A DNA stretch of 64,000 nucleotides from a virus: IMG/VR virus record IMGVR_UViG_3300025122_000010, positions 20,103 to 84,102 of that record; one strand, given 5' to 3'. Below are positions 26,310 to 36,830 of this stretch, piece by piece. Position 1 is the stretch's first letter, and each line of letters starts with the position of its first letter. The position numbers were made by a program, and so were the translations under genes. The notes below the pieces were generated by a model, which saw nothing but the letters and a program-made list of their open reading frames with translations, made no database searches and was not told the origin of the DNA.

Positions 26310-26381
26310 ACCGGTAGCCCAGGTTTGGGGAGTGATTCTCATAAGATCATTCTTTGAGTTCAATTCTCTCTACCGGTACCA
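26310..26381 (+). tRNA. Atypical tRNA-Met(CAT)
   Basis: ACCGGTA/TACCGGT-ACCA, loop CTCATAA, shrunken D-arm and weak T stem. Confidence 0.6.
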
Positions 26382-26751
26382 ACTATGAGGTTTTGATATG
26401 ACTTCTGAAGATCATAAGATTCCAACTCCAAAAGAGTTTTTAGCAAAGCAAGATGACAAAAAAAGAAAAAAAGAGAAAAGCTAATTGACACTTGGAGTAA
26501 GTTATTCAAAACAGAATTGGAAGCAAAGTCAAAGTGTAAAGTAATTCCTCCAGCTGTAGTAAAGTTGCATGTTGTGAATCGTCTTGCAGAACATGAATTA
26601 ACTATACTCATCGATCATTTTTCAAGATATGGTTGGCATATGTATTATGTTCCAGAATCAGATACATCTTGGTCAATGACAGCAAAGAGCTATCATACAT
26701 TTATTAAGCATTATTATATGTTTAAGCCTGAAAATGATTGGAAAGCATAGT

Positions 26752-26827
26752 TGCCCTGTGGTCTAATTGGCACGACGCCTGGCTCTGGACCAGGAAATTC
26801 TAGGTTCGAATCCTAGCAGGGCAGCCA
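26752..26827 (+). tRNA. tRNA-Gln(CTG)
   Basis: Loop CTCTGGA, GCCA. Confidence 0.9.
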
Positions 26828-26848
26828 AAACAAAAGGTTGTTTTAAAA

Positions 26849-27148
26849 ATGGACTTAGACGAAAAAATTGAAGCTGCAATAACACTCTTTGCATGTGGCC
26901 GGTATCATCGTATCAAAAGTGTAAAACGTTCTTTATTCAGAAAACATTGTGGAAAAAGATTTCATAAAATTGTTGTAGAATATTCTGGCAAAATGTGTGT
27001 TGAACACTTTAACACTGATCGTAGAAAAGTAATATGGGTATGTGATTGTGAGGAATGTGATTGTATAGCTTATTATAGTATTTGCTACGATGATTTTAAA
27101 TTCACATTGTTTTCTTTAAGAGAAAGACTAGAAAAGGTTACAACATGA
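26849..27148 (+). CDS. Hypothetical Cys-rich protein
   Basis: ORF overlapping the next gene. Confidence 0.55.
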   Translation: MDLDEKIEAAITLFACGRYHRIKSVKRSLFRKHCGKRFHKIVVEYSGKMCVEHFNTDRRKVIWVCDCEECDCIAYYSICYDDFKFTLFSLRERLEKVTT

Positions 27149-28320
27149 GACCAGAAGAACTTAGGCCAGCTTTAGGCTTCAACGATATCGGTCTGCTCCC
27201 TGCAGATCGTAGTACTATCACATCTAGAAAGCAAGTAGATCTAACTACGAAAATTTCTAGAAATATTGAAATCAAATATCCTATCATTCTTTCACCTATG
27301 GACACTGTGTCAAGTGTCAAATCTTGTATAGCATTAAACGAAATAGGAGCAGCAGGCATTCTTCATAGATTCATGACTCCAGAAGAGCAAGCTGAAAAAG
27401 CACTTCAAATTAAGCAATCTCAAGTTGGAGAGGGAGGGCCGCGTTTATATGTAGCTATTGGATTGAATGATTATAAGGAACGTGTGAGAACTTTGCTTGA
27501 AGGGAAGTGTAAATTTGTAGATTTGCTCTTCCTTGATACAGCAAACGGTTCAAATATAAAGGTAGAAGAGTTTATGAAGTGGTGGAACAAAGGTTATAAT
27601 AACGATGGTAGTAGACTATTAGAAGATGAAAATGGTAAGTATTATGCAGTCAGTTCATCACCAGATTTAATCATTGGTAATACATTAACTAAAGCTTCTG
27701 TTGCAAGAGCAATTAATCTAGGAGCTGATGGTGTCAGACATGGAATAGGAGTCGGATCAGCTTGCATCACATCTAGAATGACTGGGATACAATGCCCTCC
27801 AATTACAGCATTGTATTATGGATGGAAAGCAATTCGTAATTGGGAACTAGAACAGATTGACAAGAGTTGCGGTGATGAAAGAGAAGATGTTACTCCTTCA
27901 CTTTTGCTAGATGGAGGAATCAAAACTCCAGGCGATTTAGCAAAAGCTATTGCAGCCGGAGCTGATGCAGTTATATCAGGAAGTATATTTGCTGGATGTA
28001 AAGAAACACCTGGAAAAATTATTGATATATTTCCTGATGATAACAGATATGGAATACCAAAGAAATTTAAGAAATACAGAGGTATGGCTTCTAAGGGAGT
28101 CGTGGAAGATTACGACTTATGGGATGGTGAACCTGAAAATCTATTTGTAGAGGGGGAAGAAAGGCTCGTACCATATGAAGGGAAACCTGTTGTTGAAGTA
28201 GTTCATGAGTTTGCAAATGGTCTTAAATCGGCTATGAGCTATCTTGGATATAGAAATCTTTCAGAACTCAAAGGTAGTTTATGGACAGAAGAAACGATTG
28301 GGATAAAGATGGGAGATTAA
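27145..28320 (+). CDS. IMP dehydrogenase/GMP reductase family protein (no CBS domains)
   Basis: SPMDTV, GIGVGSACITS, DGGIKTPGDLAKA, KYRGMAS, VEGEE, SAMSYLG. Confidence 0.9.
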   Translation: MRPEELRPALGFNDIGLLPADRSTITSRKQVDLTTKISRNIEIKYPIILSPMDTVSSVKSCIALNEIGAAGILHRFMTPEEQAEKALQIKQSQVGEGGPRLYVAIGLNDYKERVRTLLEGKCKFVDLLFLDTANGSNIKVEEFMKWWNKGYNNDGSRLLEDENGKYYAVSSSPDLIIGNTLTKASVARAINLGADGVRHGIGVGSACITSRMTGIQCPPITALYYGWKAIRNWELEQIDKSCGDEREDVTPSLLLDGGIKTPGDLAKAIAAGADAVISGSIFAGCKETPGKIIDIFPDDNRYGIPKKFKKYRGMASKGVVEDYDLWDGEPENLFVEGEERLVPYEGKPVVEVVHEFANGLKSAMSYLGYRNLSELKGSLWTEETIGIKMGD

Positions 28321-28725
28321 CAGCGATGTGGTTTAAAATATATGCACAGGAATCCTATAAGAGTAAGAAGATGGAGCTAGTTGCTATTGTAAAGAGTGAA
28401 GAGCTTTTAAAGCACGTTAAGTCATATTACGAAGGTCAATACGTTGATGTGAAGGTTGAGAGCTCAGATGAAAACCATGCATGAAGCCAACTTTCGTTAT
28501 CATGATAAATCATGCAATAATTGCAAGCGTATGGATGTCAATGATAATGGGAAAGTGTTTGAGTCAAATTGTAGTATTGTTGGATTGACAAATTTATCAG
28601 TTGATTTATTCAGAGTCATAACTTGGAATGAGTCAAGAGTTTGCGATGAATGGAAGCTAATCTCAGCGAAGTGATATTTATATAGTACGGTACAAAACCT
28701 TAAACATAAAAAAAGGGGAGAATAC

Positions 28726-29256
28726 ATGAGAAAGTATATCATGATGTTTGCAGCAATGTTTACATTGCTTTTTGCAGTATCACCTGCAGAAGCTGATAAC
28801 AAAGGCAAGATCGTAACATCAGCAGGTGTTGGTGTAGTAACTGTAGTTGATGAAGAGCTCATTGGTAACTTTGAAGGGATTGATGACAATTTGTATGGTA
28901 CGTCTATTGATCTCTATCTCACTAACGCTCAGACCGTTGGAATAAGAGCCGCTATCGCAACGTTCGATAATAAGATGTATGATATTAGTGGGAACTGGAA
29001 GTATCATTTCAGAGCTGATAAGCGATTCGTCCCTTATGCAGGAATTGGATGTGGTATCCAGACTATCGGTTTAGTAACTGACGGAACTAAGGGAACAGCT
29101 TCAATTGCACTTGGTGCTGAATATAGCATATCACCTCGTATTGGTCTCTTCCTAGAGTCTAAGGGTATTACTTCATTCGATAAGAGCACTGATGACAAGA
29201 ATGTTCGAACAGTATTTAATCAAGTGATGCTTGGTTTAACTGTTAACGCAAGATAG
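28726..29256 (+). CDS. Outer-membrane beta-barrel protein (OmpA-TM-like)
   Basis: Signal peptide ending AEA, FVPYAGIG, LGAEY amphipathic strands. Confidence 0.7.
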   Translation: MRKYIMMFAAMFTLLFAVSPAEADNKGKIVTSAGVGVVTVVDEELIGNFEGIDDNLYGTSIDLYLTNAQTVGIRAAIATFDNKMYDISGNWKYHFRADKRFVPYAGIGCGIQTIGLVTDGTKGTASIALGAEYSISPRIGLFLESKGITSFDKSTDDKNVRTVFNQVMLGLTVNAR

Positions 29257-29363
29257 TTTCAAACTGTTTGGCAGTTCAGTTCAAAAACTGTCATACATAA
29301 AACCTCAAACCGGACTTTAAACTTATTTACAACGCCAGTCCGTCGTTGTTACGGAGGTGAGAC

Positions 29364-30179
29364 ATGGTGTATCAAGAAAAGTTGGTAGCAGCAATCCAGG
29401 TAGATGGTAAGACTCTTCGTGAGTCCCATCAAGGTAGTGGTTCCTCAGAAGTATTCCTTCCTTTTGGTTCAGAATACCGATTATTTTTCAAGAACATAGC
29501 GAATCGTAAAGTTCAAGTAGGAGTAAATGTTGATGGCAGAGAAGCAATTAAAGCTTTGCTTATCGATGCAAATTCTACTGCTACGCTTGAAAGATTCTTT
29601 GGTGATTCTATGAATGATGGCAATAAGTTCAAGTTCATAGAGATGATTAATGAAATTCGTGAACACAGAGGTGATCAGCCAGAAGATGGCTTGATTGAGA
29701 TTCGTTACAAGTTTGAGAAGGAAGTTATTAGACACGAAGTGCTTCATGAATGGGAAGAGTATTATCGTACGTATCCACGCAGGCGTCCAGGACGACGTGA
29801 AGACGGTCCGTTGCCATGGAAAGATTATTGGACTGTTAGTAGTGATGATTCAAGAGGAATTACTAAATCACTTGGTGGTGGCGGAACATCTAGTTCTATG
29901 TCGATGAGTTATGATGCTCCAGTAGCTGCAGCAGCACCAGCTAACGATCTAGGAATCACAGTAGAAGGGTCGTTTTCAAATCAGAGATTCAATTATGGGC
30001 ATATTGGTGAATTAGAAACAAAAGAACACGTAATTGTATTCCAGTTAAAGGGAGAGACTTCTCAGGTAGTAGTAGAAGTACCAATGACTACAAGAACCAA
30101 GATTCAATGTAGTTATTGTAGTACAAGAAATGTTTCTTCCAACAACTTCTGTAGAAAATGCGGAGCAGCAGTGAAGTAA
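29364..30179 (+). CDS. Conserved hypothetical protein with C-terminal zinc ribbon
   Basis: LPFGSEY...LERF...CSYC...FCRKCG. Confidence 0.75.
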   Translation: MVYQEKLVAAIQVDGKTLRESHQGSGSSEVFLPFGSEYRLFFKNIANRKVQVGVNVDGREAIKALLIDANSTATLERFFGDSMNDGNKFKFIEMINEIREHRGDQPEDGLIEIRYKFEKEVIRHEVLHEWEEYYRTYPRRRPGRREDGPLPWKDYWTVSSDDSRGITKSLGGGGTSSSMSMSYDAPVAAAAPANDLGITVEGSFSNQRFNYGHIGELETKEHVIVFQLKGETSQVVVEVPMTTRTKIQCSYCSTRNVSSNNFCRKCGAAVK

Positions 30180-30287
30180 ATTGAGTTATAATTAAGAGTT
30201 TAGAAAAAACGAGCGTCCTTTTGTTTAATCTGGGCGCTCATTTGATTAAAACAGTACGAGTTCAGCTAGAAAAACGATCAAACAGGA

Positions 30288-30767
30288 GTGTTAGATATGA
30301 ATATATCATTCTCTGGAACTAGAAAATACAAGACTAGTCAAGACAATATAGATAAAATGCAAAGAACAGCATATACTGTAATGGGTGATAATGAAGTAGA
30401 TAACATTTACTTTGGGGGAGCTGAAGGTGTAGATACAGAAATGCTAGTTCGATGTGGCAAGCTTAAAAATGTTGTTCCAAGTAAAAAGAAGCTTGTAGTT
30501 ATCCTTCCAAATGCCATAAAGGATCAGCCTGAGTTTGCTCAAAAAGTAATTATCAAATATGCTGACAATATAATAGAGCTTAAGAATCTAATAAATCAAG
30601 AAGATGGATACAAATCATATAGAAGAAGAAATGAAGAACTTATCAGAAAGTGCGACAAGCTTTATGCATTTCCTCTAAAGAAGAGTCATAACAGATCTGG
30701 AACTTGGATGACTATACGAATTGCACAAAAAGAAAATAAAGAAGTTCAAATCATTGAATTAGAGTAA
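30288..30767 (+). CDS. SLOG/DprA-like nucleotide-binding protein
   Basis: FSGTR, GGAEGVD, RRNEELI, SGTWMTI. Confidence 0.75.
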   Translation: MLDMNISFSGTRKYKTSQDNIDKMQRTAYTVMGDNEVDNIYFGGAEGVDTEMLVRCGKLKNVVPSKKKLVVILPNAIKDQPEFAQKVIIKYADNIIELKNLINQEDGYKSYRRRNEELIRKCDKLYAFPLKKSHNRSGTWMTIRIAQKENKEVQIIELE

Positions 30768-30785
30768 ACTAACGAAAGGTTAGAC

Positions 30786-31061
30786 ATGCAAACTGTATGG
30801 AAGTTCCCATTGCCAAAAGAAGTCACACATCAGTTTAGTTTGGAGATGCCAAAAGATGGTTTGGATTTGTCTGTAAATTTTGATCCAAAAATAGAACAGA
30901 TTTGTTTGTGGAGTCTTGTCAAACCTGAGAATGAGACTGTAATTAGAAGTTTTGTTCTTGCTGCTACAGGACAAGATATTATCGGATGGAATATAATTAG
31001 ACACGTTGGAAGTTGTAGTGCTTTTGAAATTTTGTTTTATCACCTATTCGAAGTGGAGTAG
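30786..31061 (+). CDS. Hypothetical phage protein
   Basis: MQTVWKFPL...TGQ...YHLFE pattern. Confidence 0.65.
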   Translation: MQTVWKFPLPKEVTHQFSLEMPKDGLDLSVNFDPKIEQICLWSLVKPENETVIRSFVLAATGQDIIGWNIIRHVGSCSAFEILFYHLFEVE

Positions 31062-31063
31062 TT

Positions 31064-32095
31064 ATGGCAAAGACAAGAATTTTGTATATTGATATGATGA
31101 ATTTGTTTATTAGGAATTTCGCTTCTTTACCTTTCACTAACGATCAAGGTGAGCATGTGGGTGCTCTTTTTGGGTGCTTGAATAGTTATTGCTCTTTGAT
31201 AAAGAAATTCGAGCCTGACATGGTTTTAGTGGCTTGGGAAGGGAAGGACTCTTCAAAGAGAAGAAGAGACCTTATGCCAGGGTATAAAGGCGGAAGGAAG
31301 TTTCATGGCTTTAATAAATCTGTGTTTGGAGACGATGTTGAAGCTGAAACAAAAGCGCTAACTAACCAGTTGACTAGACTAAAACAGTATATCACAAACT
31401 TACCGTTCTATCAAGCATCAGTCGACTATTTAGAAGCAGATGATTTGATTGGTTATTCTGTTGAGCATCTATTCAATGATGATGAAAATTTCCAGAATAT
31501 AATTGTTTCTTATGACAGAGATTATATCCAATTAGTAGGAAAAGGAACTGCCTTGTTTAGGCCAGTTAAATCAAAGGATTATCCGAAAGGACAGTTCTGT
31601 ACTGAAGGGACTGTCATTGAAGAGATGGGTTGTCATCCTAGAAATTATTTAATAATGAAATGTATAGTTGGTGACACTTCTGATGCAATTAATGGAATCT
31701 CGAGAGTGGGAGAAAAAACAGTTGCAAAAGATTTCGAGTGTTTACAGGCTTTGAAGAATGGGACTGATATTTATACTACTGAAGACATCTTCGATATCTG
31801 TGATTACAAGCTAGCTGAAGACCCAAAGAAAAATAAGAAGTATGGTAAATATTTAGAGCATAGGAAGTTGATAGAAAGGAACTATGAATTAATGCAATTA
31901 CTAGATCCAAACATAAGTATTACTTCAGTTCAAGCAATTGAACGAACATTTACAAATTTCTTACCAAAGTTTAAAAGCACACAGTTCAGGCTTATGTTAG
32001 TAAAGGATTCAATTGCACCGAGAAATATTACGAGTTGGGTCGACGCCCTTACAAATATACATCCAAAATCAATTTCATTTGAGCAAGGAGATTAA
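31064..32095 (+). CDS. 5'-3' exonuclease / flap endonuclease (T4 RNase H-like)
   Basis: YIDMMNLFIR, YKGGR, EADDLI, SYDRDYIQL, GDTSDAINGI..VGEKT. Confidence 0.92.
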   Translation: MAKTRILYIDMMNLFIRNFASLPFTNDQGEHVGALFGCLNSYCSLIKKFEPDMVLVAWEGKDSSKRRRDLMPGYKGGRKFHGFNKSVFGDDVEAETKALTNQLTRLKQYITNLPFYQASVDYLEADDLIGYSVEHLFNDDENFQNIIVSYDRDYIQLVGKGTALFRPVKSKDYPKGQFCTEGTVIEEMGCHPRNYLIMKCIVGDTSDAINGISRVGEKTVAKDFECLQALKNGTDIYTTEDIFDICDYKLAEDPKKNKKYGKYLEHRKLIERNYELMQLLDPNISITSVQAIERTFTNFLPKFKSTQFRLMLVKDSIAPRNITSWVDALTNIHPKSISFEQGD

Positions 32096-33442
32096 ATGGC
32101 AGATCATACTGGCAATTTTGAAAAGTTTGGTTGGAAATTTCAAAATAGAGTCATTAGTGCATCTTTAAATGATGACAAGTTTTTCCAGCAAAATGTTGCT
32201 ATATGCAAACCTAGTTATTTCAGTAGTGACGCTCTCCAAACAATTTGGCAAGCAATTGTTGACTACTATCTTAAGTATAATGTAGCTCCTTCATTCGATT
32301 CTTTGTATGTTGAAATTGCAAAGATTGAGGATGATAATTTGGTCAATGATTGTAAGATCATGTTGGCTGAAGTTAATAAAGAGACTAATAAGAAGGACAT
32401 CAAGTCAGTAAAGGATACGGTTACTGACTTTTGCACGGAGAAAGAGATTGAACAAGCAATACTAGATTCAGTAGAGCTTCTAAAGAAGAATAAGAAAGAC
32501 GCAATTAAAACAAGAATAGAGAAAGCATTGAAACATGTCCATGCTGTAGATATCGGGCATGTTTATTTCGATAGACTTGAAGAGAGGTTGAAGCAGAACT
32601 TTAGAAACACAGTGCCAACTGGGTTTAAGCTACTTGATGGTGCTGACTATCTTGATGGTGGGTTGGGTGTTGGTGAAATTGGTGTTATAATGGCACCAAC
32701 TGGAGGAGGGAAGAGTTTCTGGCTTATGATGCTAGGTTACGGTGCTTTAAAGAATAAGGTAAATGTTGTTCATTATACATTTGAGCTTTCTGAAGTTAAC
32801 ATAGGAAGAAGATACGATGCTTGTATAAGTGGGATTCCAATGAAAGATCTTACTTCTAAATCTGATATGGTGCAAAAAGCATTGAAAGAGTTTGATGGTG
32901 GGAAGCTAGTAATAAAGGAGTTCCCAACAAAAAGTGCTAATATCAATAAGATCAAATTTCATATTGACAGACTTTTGTCATCTGATTTTGAGCCAGGTCT
33001 TATAATTATTGACTATGCCGATCTTATGATAAGCACAAAAGCATTTGAGCAAAAGACATGGGAATTAGAAGCAATCTATGAAGAGCTTCGTGGTTTTGGT
33101 ATGGAGATCAAGATTCCAATTTGGAGTGCTAGTCAGACTAATAGACTTGGATTGGATGGTGACATCATTGGTCTAGATAAGATTGCAGATGCGTATGCTA
33201 AAGCACAAGTTGCTGATTTCATTGCTACATTTTCTAGAAACATGGTTGAAAAAGAGAAGAATAAAGGTAAGTTTTATATTGCAAAGAACAGAATTGGTGT
33301 TGATGGAAAAGTATTTGGAGTTGATTTCAATCCTGCAACTGCTTCAATTGTATTGCAAGAATTTGATGAGCAAGTAAAATTAGAGGGTGATATTCAAAGC
33401 TTGTATAAAAAATATAAGGATAACAAAGATGGATGGGGATAA
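32096..33442 (+). CDS. dnaB: Replicative DnaB-like helicase
   Basis: APTGGGKS, YTFELSE, IIIDYADL, SASQTNR, KNR. Confidence 0.9.
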   Translation: MADHTGNFEKFGWKFQNRVISASLNDDKFFQQNVAICKPSYFSSDALQTIWQAIVDYYLKYNVAPSFDSLYVEIAKIEDDNLVNDCKIMLAEVNKETNKKDIKSVKDTVTDFCTEKEIEQAILDSVELLKKNKKDAIKTRIEKALKHVHAVDIGHVYFDRLEERLKQNFRNTVPTGFKLLDGADYLDGGLGVGEIGVIMAPTGGGKSFWLMMLGYGALKNKVNVVHYTFELSEVNIGRRYDACISGIPMKDLTSKSDMVQKALKEFDGGKLVIKEFPTKSANINKIKFHIDRLLSSDFEPGLIIIDYADLMISTKAFEQKTWELEAIYEELRGFGMEIKIPIWSASQTNRLGLDGDIIGLDKIADAYAKAQVADFIATFSRNMVEKEKNKGKFYIAKNRIGVDGKVFGVDFNPATASIVLQEFDEQVKLEGDIQSLYKKYKDNKDGWG

Positions 33443-33443
33443 T

Positions 33444-33668
33444 ATGAAAAAGTTAATTGTAACATATACTGTCTCTTCTGCTGACTATTCAGAGACTCAA
33501 ATTGCATATTCAAAAACAAGAGAATCAGAAAAAACAGAAACAGAAGCTAAAGACGTTATGAAGAGAGTGTTTGAAAGTACTAAAATTGAGTATAATGAAC
33601 ATCTAACAGTAGAGCTCTTAATCATTGAAAATGAGAATCAAAAAACCTTAGGCAAACTTGAAAAGTAA
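33444..33668 (+). CDS. Hypothetical protein
   Basis: Short ORF between helicase and RNR; start reassigned. Confidence 0.5.
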   Translation: MKKLIVTYTVSSADYSETQIAYSKTRESEKTETEAKDVMKRVFESTKIEYNEHLTVELLIIENENQKTLGKLEK

Positions 33669-33680
33669 TGGAGAGATAGA

Positions 33681-35534
33681 TTGGACATATCACAGAAGAT
33701 ACTATCAGATGTAATTGTTTATTCAAACTATGCAAGATACATCCCCGAATTAAAGAGAAGAGAGACATGGGAAGAGATAGTTTCTAGAAATATGAGTATG
33801 CATATAAAGAAGTTCCCAAAGTTGAGAGAAGAGATTAAAGAAGTATATGAGAAATTCGTAGTAACTAAGAAGGTGTTGCCGTCAATGAGAAGCATGCAAT
33901 TTGGAGGGAAGCCAATTGAACTGTCACCAAACAGGATTTACAATTGTGCCTATCTTCCAATTGATCATTATGAAGCTTTCTCAGAGATAATGTTTTTGCT
34001 GTTAGGGGGAACAGGGATAGGGTATTCTGTCCAGTTTCATCATGTTGAACAATTACCAGAAGTTAGAAAGCCAATAAAGAAAAGAAGATATCTGATAGGT
34101 GATTCTATTGAAGGCTGGTCTGATGCTGTAAAAGTATTGGTTAAGTCTTATTTCTGTGAAAAATCTTTGCCGGACTTTGACTATTCAGACATACGACCCA
34201 AAGGAGCTAGATTAAAGACATCAGGGGGTATTGCTCCAGGACCAGAACCATTGAAGGATTGTTTGCACAATGTGAGCAAAGTGTTTGAAAGGAAAGAAGA
34301 TGGAACAAAGCTTTCAACAATAGAAGTTCATGATATAGTTTGTCATATAGCTGACGCTGTTCTTGCAGGAGGGATAAGAAGAGCTGCTCTAATCTCATTG
34401 TTCTCTTTCGATGACGAAGATATGTTAACTTGTAAATTCGGTAATTGGTGGGAGTTGAATCCACAAAGAGCAAGAGCTAACAATTCAGCTGTTATTATGA
34501 GACATAGAATTAGAGAGAAGAAGTTCTTTGAGTTTTGGGAGAAGATTAAGAATAACAAATCTGGCGAGCCGGGATTCTTTTTCTCTAACAACAGAGATTA
34601 TGGTGCAAACCCTTGTGCTGAGATATCTCTAAGAGACCATCAATTCTGTAATTTAGTTGAAATAAATGCTTCTGATGTAGAAAGTCAAGATGACTTAAAT
34701 GAAAGAGCAAAGGCAGCTGCATTTATAGCTACACTACAAGCAAGCTATACAAACTTTCATTATTTGAGAGAGATATGGAAAAGCCAGACTGAGAAAGATG
34801 CTTTAATAGGTGTTGGTATGACTGGTATAGCTAGTGGAAGTGTTCTAGAATTTGATTTAAAAGAGTCGTCAAAATTAGTAATTGAAGAAAACATACGTAT
34901 TGCAGCATTATTGGAAATAAACGCCGCTGAAAGAACCACTACAGTTAAGCCTTCTGGGACTAGTTCTCTTGTTCTTGGTTGTAGTTCTGGCATCCATCCC
35001 TGGCATAGCAAGTATTATATAAGAAGAAAGCAGATACTTAAAAACGAACCACTCTACATCTATTTGAAGAGAACAAATCCTAAGTTAGTTGAAGATGACT
35101 ATTTCAAACCTCACATACAAGCTGTAGTTGCAATTCCTCAGAAAGCACCAGAAGGTGCGATAACGAGATATGAACCTGTATTTGAAATGTTAGAGAGAGT
35201 TAAAAAGTTCAATTTAGAATGGATAAGAAATGGACATAACAATGGTGATAATACTAACAATGTTTCTGCTACGATATCTATAAATGATGGTGAATGGAAT
35301 AAAGTAGGTAAATGGATGTGGGAAAATAGAAAGGTATACAACGGCCTTGCCGTGTTCCCAAAAGAAGAACATAGTTATGTTCAAGCACCTTTTCAGGAGA
35401 TTGAAGAAGTGACATTCTTACAGCTGCTCTCTAATTTGAGAGATATTGATCTTACAAAAGTAGAAGAGTTGGATGATTACACTACTTTGAAAGCAGAACT
35501 AGCATGTGCAAATGGAGGTTGTGATATTTTATAA
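33681..35534 (+). CDS. nrdJ: Class II (B12-dependent) ribonucleotide reductase
   Basis: RIYNC, GGIRRAALI, ANPCAEI, FCNL, TVKPSGT, C-terminal CANGGC. Confidence 0.9.
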   Translation: MDISQKILSDVIVYSNYARYIPELKRRETWEEIVSRNMSMHIKKFPKLREEIKEVYEKFVVTKKVLPSMRSMQFGGKPIELSPNRIYNCAYLPIDHYEAFSEIMFLLLGGTGIGYSVQFHHVEQLPEVRKPIKKRRYLIGDSIEGWSDAVKVLVKSYFCEKSLPDFDYSDIRPKGARLKTSGGIAPGPEPLKDCLHNVSKVFERKEDGTKLSTIEVHDIVCHIADAVLAGGIRRAALISLFSFDDEDMLTCKFGNWWELNPQRARANNSAVIMRHRIREKKFFEFWEKIKNNKSGEPGFFFSNNRDYGANPCAEISLRDHQFCNLVEINASDVESQDDLNERAKAAAFIATLQASYTNFHYLREIWKSQTEKDALIGVGMTGIASGSVLEFDLKESSKLVIEENIRIAALLEINAAERTTTVKPSGTSSLVLGCSSGIHPWHSKYYIRRKQILKNEPLYIYLKRTNPKLVEDDYFKPHIQAVVAIPQKAPEGAITRYEPVFEMLERVKKFNLEWIRNGHNNGDNTNNVSATISINDGEWNKVGKWMWENRKVYNGLAVFPKEEHSYVQAPFQEIEEVTFLQLLSNLRDIDLTKVEELDDYTTLKAELACANGGCDIL

Positions 35535-35554
35535 AACAACATAACATTATTATA

Positions 35555-35776
35555 ATGGAGAAAGAAATGGAGGATGCTAATAAGAAAAAGCCCGGCTTGC
35601 AGTTCGAAGCTAGAGTTCAAGAGCTAGCAAGGAGGTATAAAACAATTGACAAGGTCTTTAGACACATGTCTTTAGGGCAAGTTTCTAGATACTATGAAAA
35701 GAATAGTTGTATATTTTTCAAAGATGGGACGTTAGTATACAACGAAACAACTGGAGAAATTTATGAGTCTATCTAA
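35555..35776 (+). CDS. Hypothetical protein
   Basis: ORF in operon. Confidence 0.5.
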   Translation: MEKEMEDANKKKPGLQFEARVQELARRYKTIDKVFRHMSLGQVSRYYEKNSCIFFKDGTLVYNETTGEIYESI

Positions 35777-36335
35777 CATGTTATTTAAGAACGCAGAGTT
35801 TCGATCAGTTGGGGTGCCTTCAAGAGTTTTGAATTATGCTGATTTGATTTCTGAAGAAGATGAAGAGAAGTATAGTCCAAAATGGATAGGGATGGTTGGG
35901 CAAAAGATGGATGGCATATGTAGAAATAAAGCAGTGTCATATTTTGATTGGGAAAGCTATGCAGATCAAGTTACGAAGATTGATTATGTATACAACAACG
36001 ATCTAGGGAAAACAGGAAATTTGTCAACTTCGATTATTGGTGTAGGTTATAATACTAGACCGTATCATAGTTGGGTGTTAGTTAAATCTGATTCTAAACT
36101 TAAAGAAATGAGAATACGAGGTTGCTCTGAAATAACAATTGCAGTTCTTTCATTTCAGAGTAAACTTAATGTATTGTGGTATAAAGGACTATATGTTATT
36201 CCGATTAATAATATATTCAATATGCCAACATGTAACATTAACGGCGAAAAAATAAGAGGCATCCCATTGTCAGAAGGAGAGTTCGAAGAATCTCATGAGT
36301 CTCTTAAAAAGTACAGATATGAGTTTTCACAATAG
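35763..36335 (+). CDS. Hypothetical protein
   Basis: 190-aa ORF with GGAG RBS. Confidence 0.6.
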   Translation: MSLSNMLFKNAEFRSVGVPSRVLNYADLISEEDEEKYSPKWIGMVGQKMDGICRNKAVSYFDWESYADQVTKIDYVYNNDLGKTGNLSTSIIGVGYNTRPYHSWVLVKSDSKLKEMRIRGCSEITIAVLSFQSKLNVLWYKGLYVIPINNIFNMPTCNINGEKIRGIPLSEGEFEESHESLKKYRYEFSQ

Positions 36336-36344
36336 GGGAGATTT

Positions 36345-36830
36345 ATGAGTAGAATTAATCGGTTAATGGAGGATGTGCAAGAGCTAGCAGATAAAAATGA
36401 TTTTTGCAACATGAAGATCGAATGGGATGAGTTGTTTTCTTCATTTGTGAAACTACTCTCTTATAGAAGTACGTGCGGCTCTGCAAAGAATGCCGCTGTT
36501 TTAGTTAGAGACAACAGGATAGTTTCAATTGGATATAACGGAGCAAAAAGCGGATATACAAATTGTAATAAAGAAAACTTAGAACTAGACTCATCTGGTA
36601 GTTGTTTGAAATGCATACATGCTGAGCAAAATTGCTTAGGATATGCAGCAAGAAATGGGATTGAGACAGAGGGTTGTACTATTTATTGTACTATGACACC
36701 TTGTCTTTCGTGTGCTAAAATAATGATAGCAGCAGGAATATCAACATACAAATACTTGATACCATATCGTTTGACAGAGGGCGTAGAGTACTTAAAAAGA
36801 TATGGAGTGGGGGTTATGAAACTGATATGA
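36345..36830 (+). CDS. dCMP deaminase
   Basis: IGYNG, HAEQN, PCLSCAK. Confidence 0.92.
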   Translation: MSRINRLMEDVQELADKNDFCNMKIEWDELFSSFVKLLSYRSTCGSAKNAAVLVRDNRIVSIGYNGAKSGYTNCNKENLELDSSGSCLKCIHAEQNCLGYAARNGIETEGCTIYCTMTPCLSCAKIMIAAGISTYKYLIPYRLTEGVEYLKRYGVGVMKLI

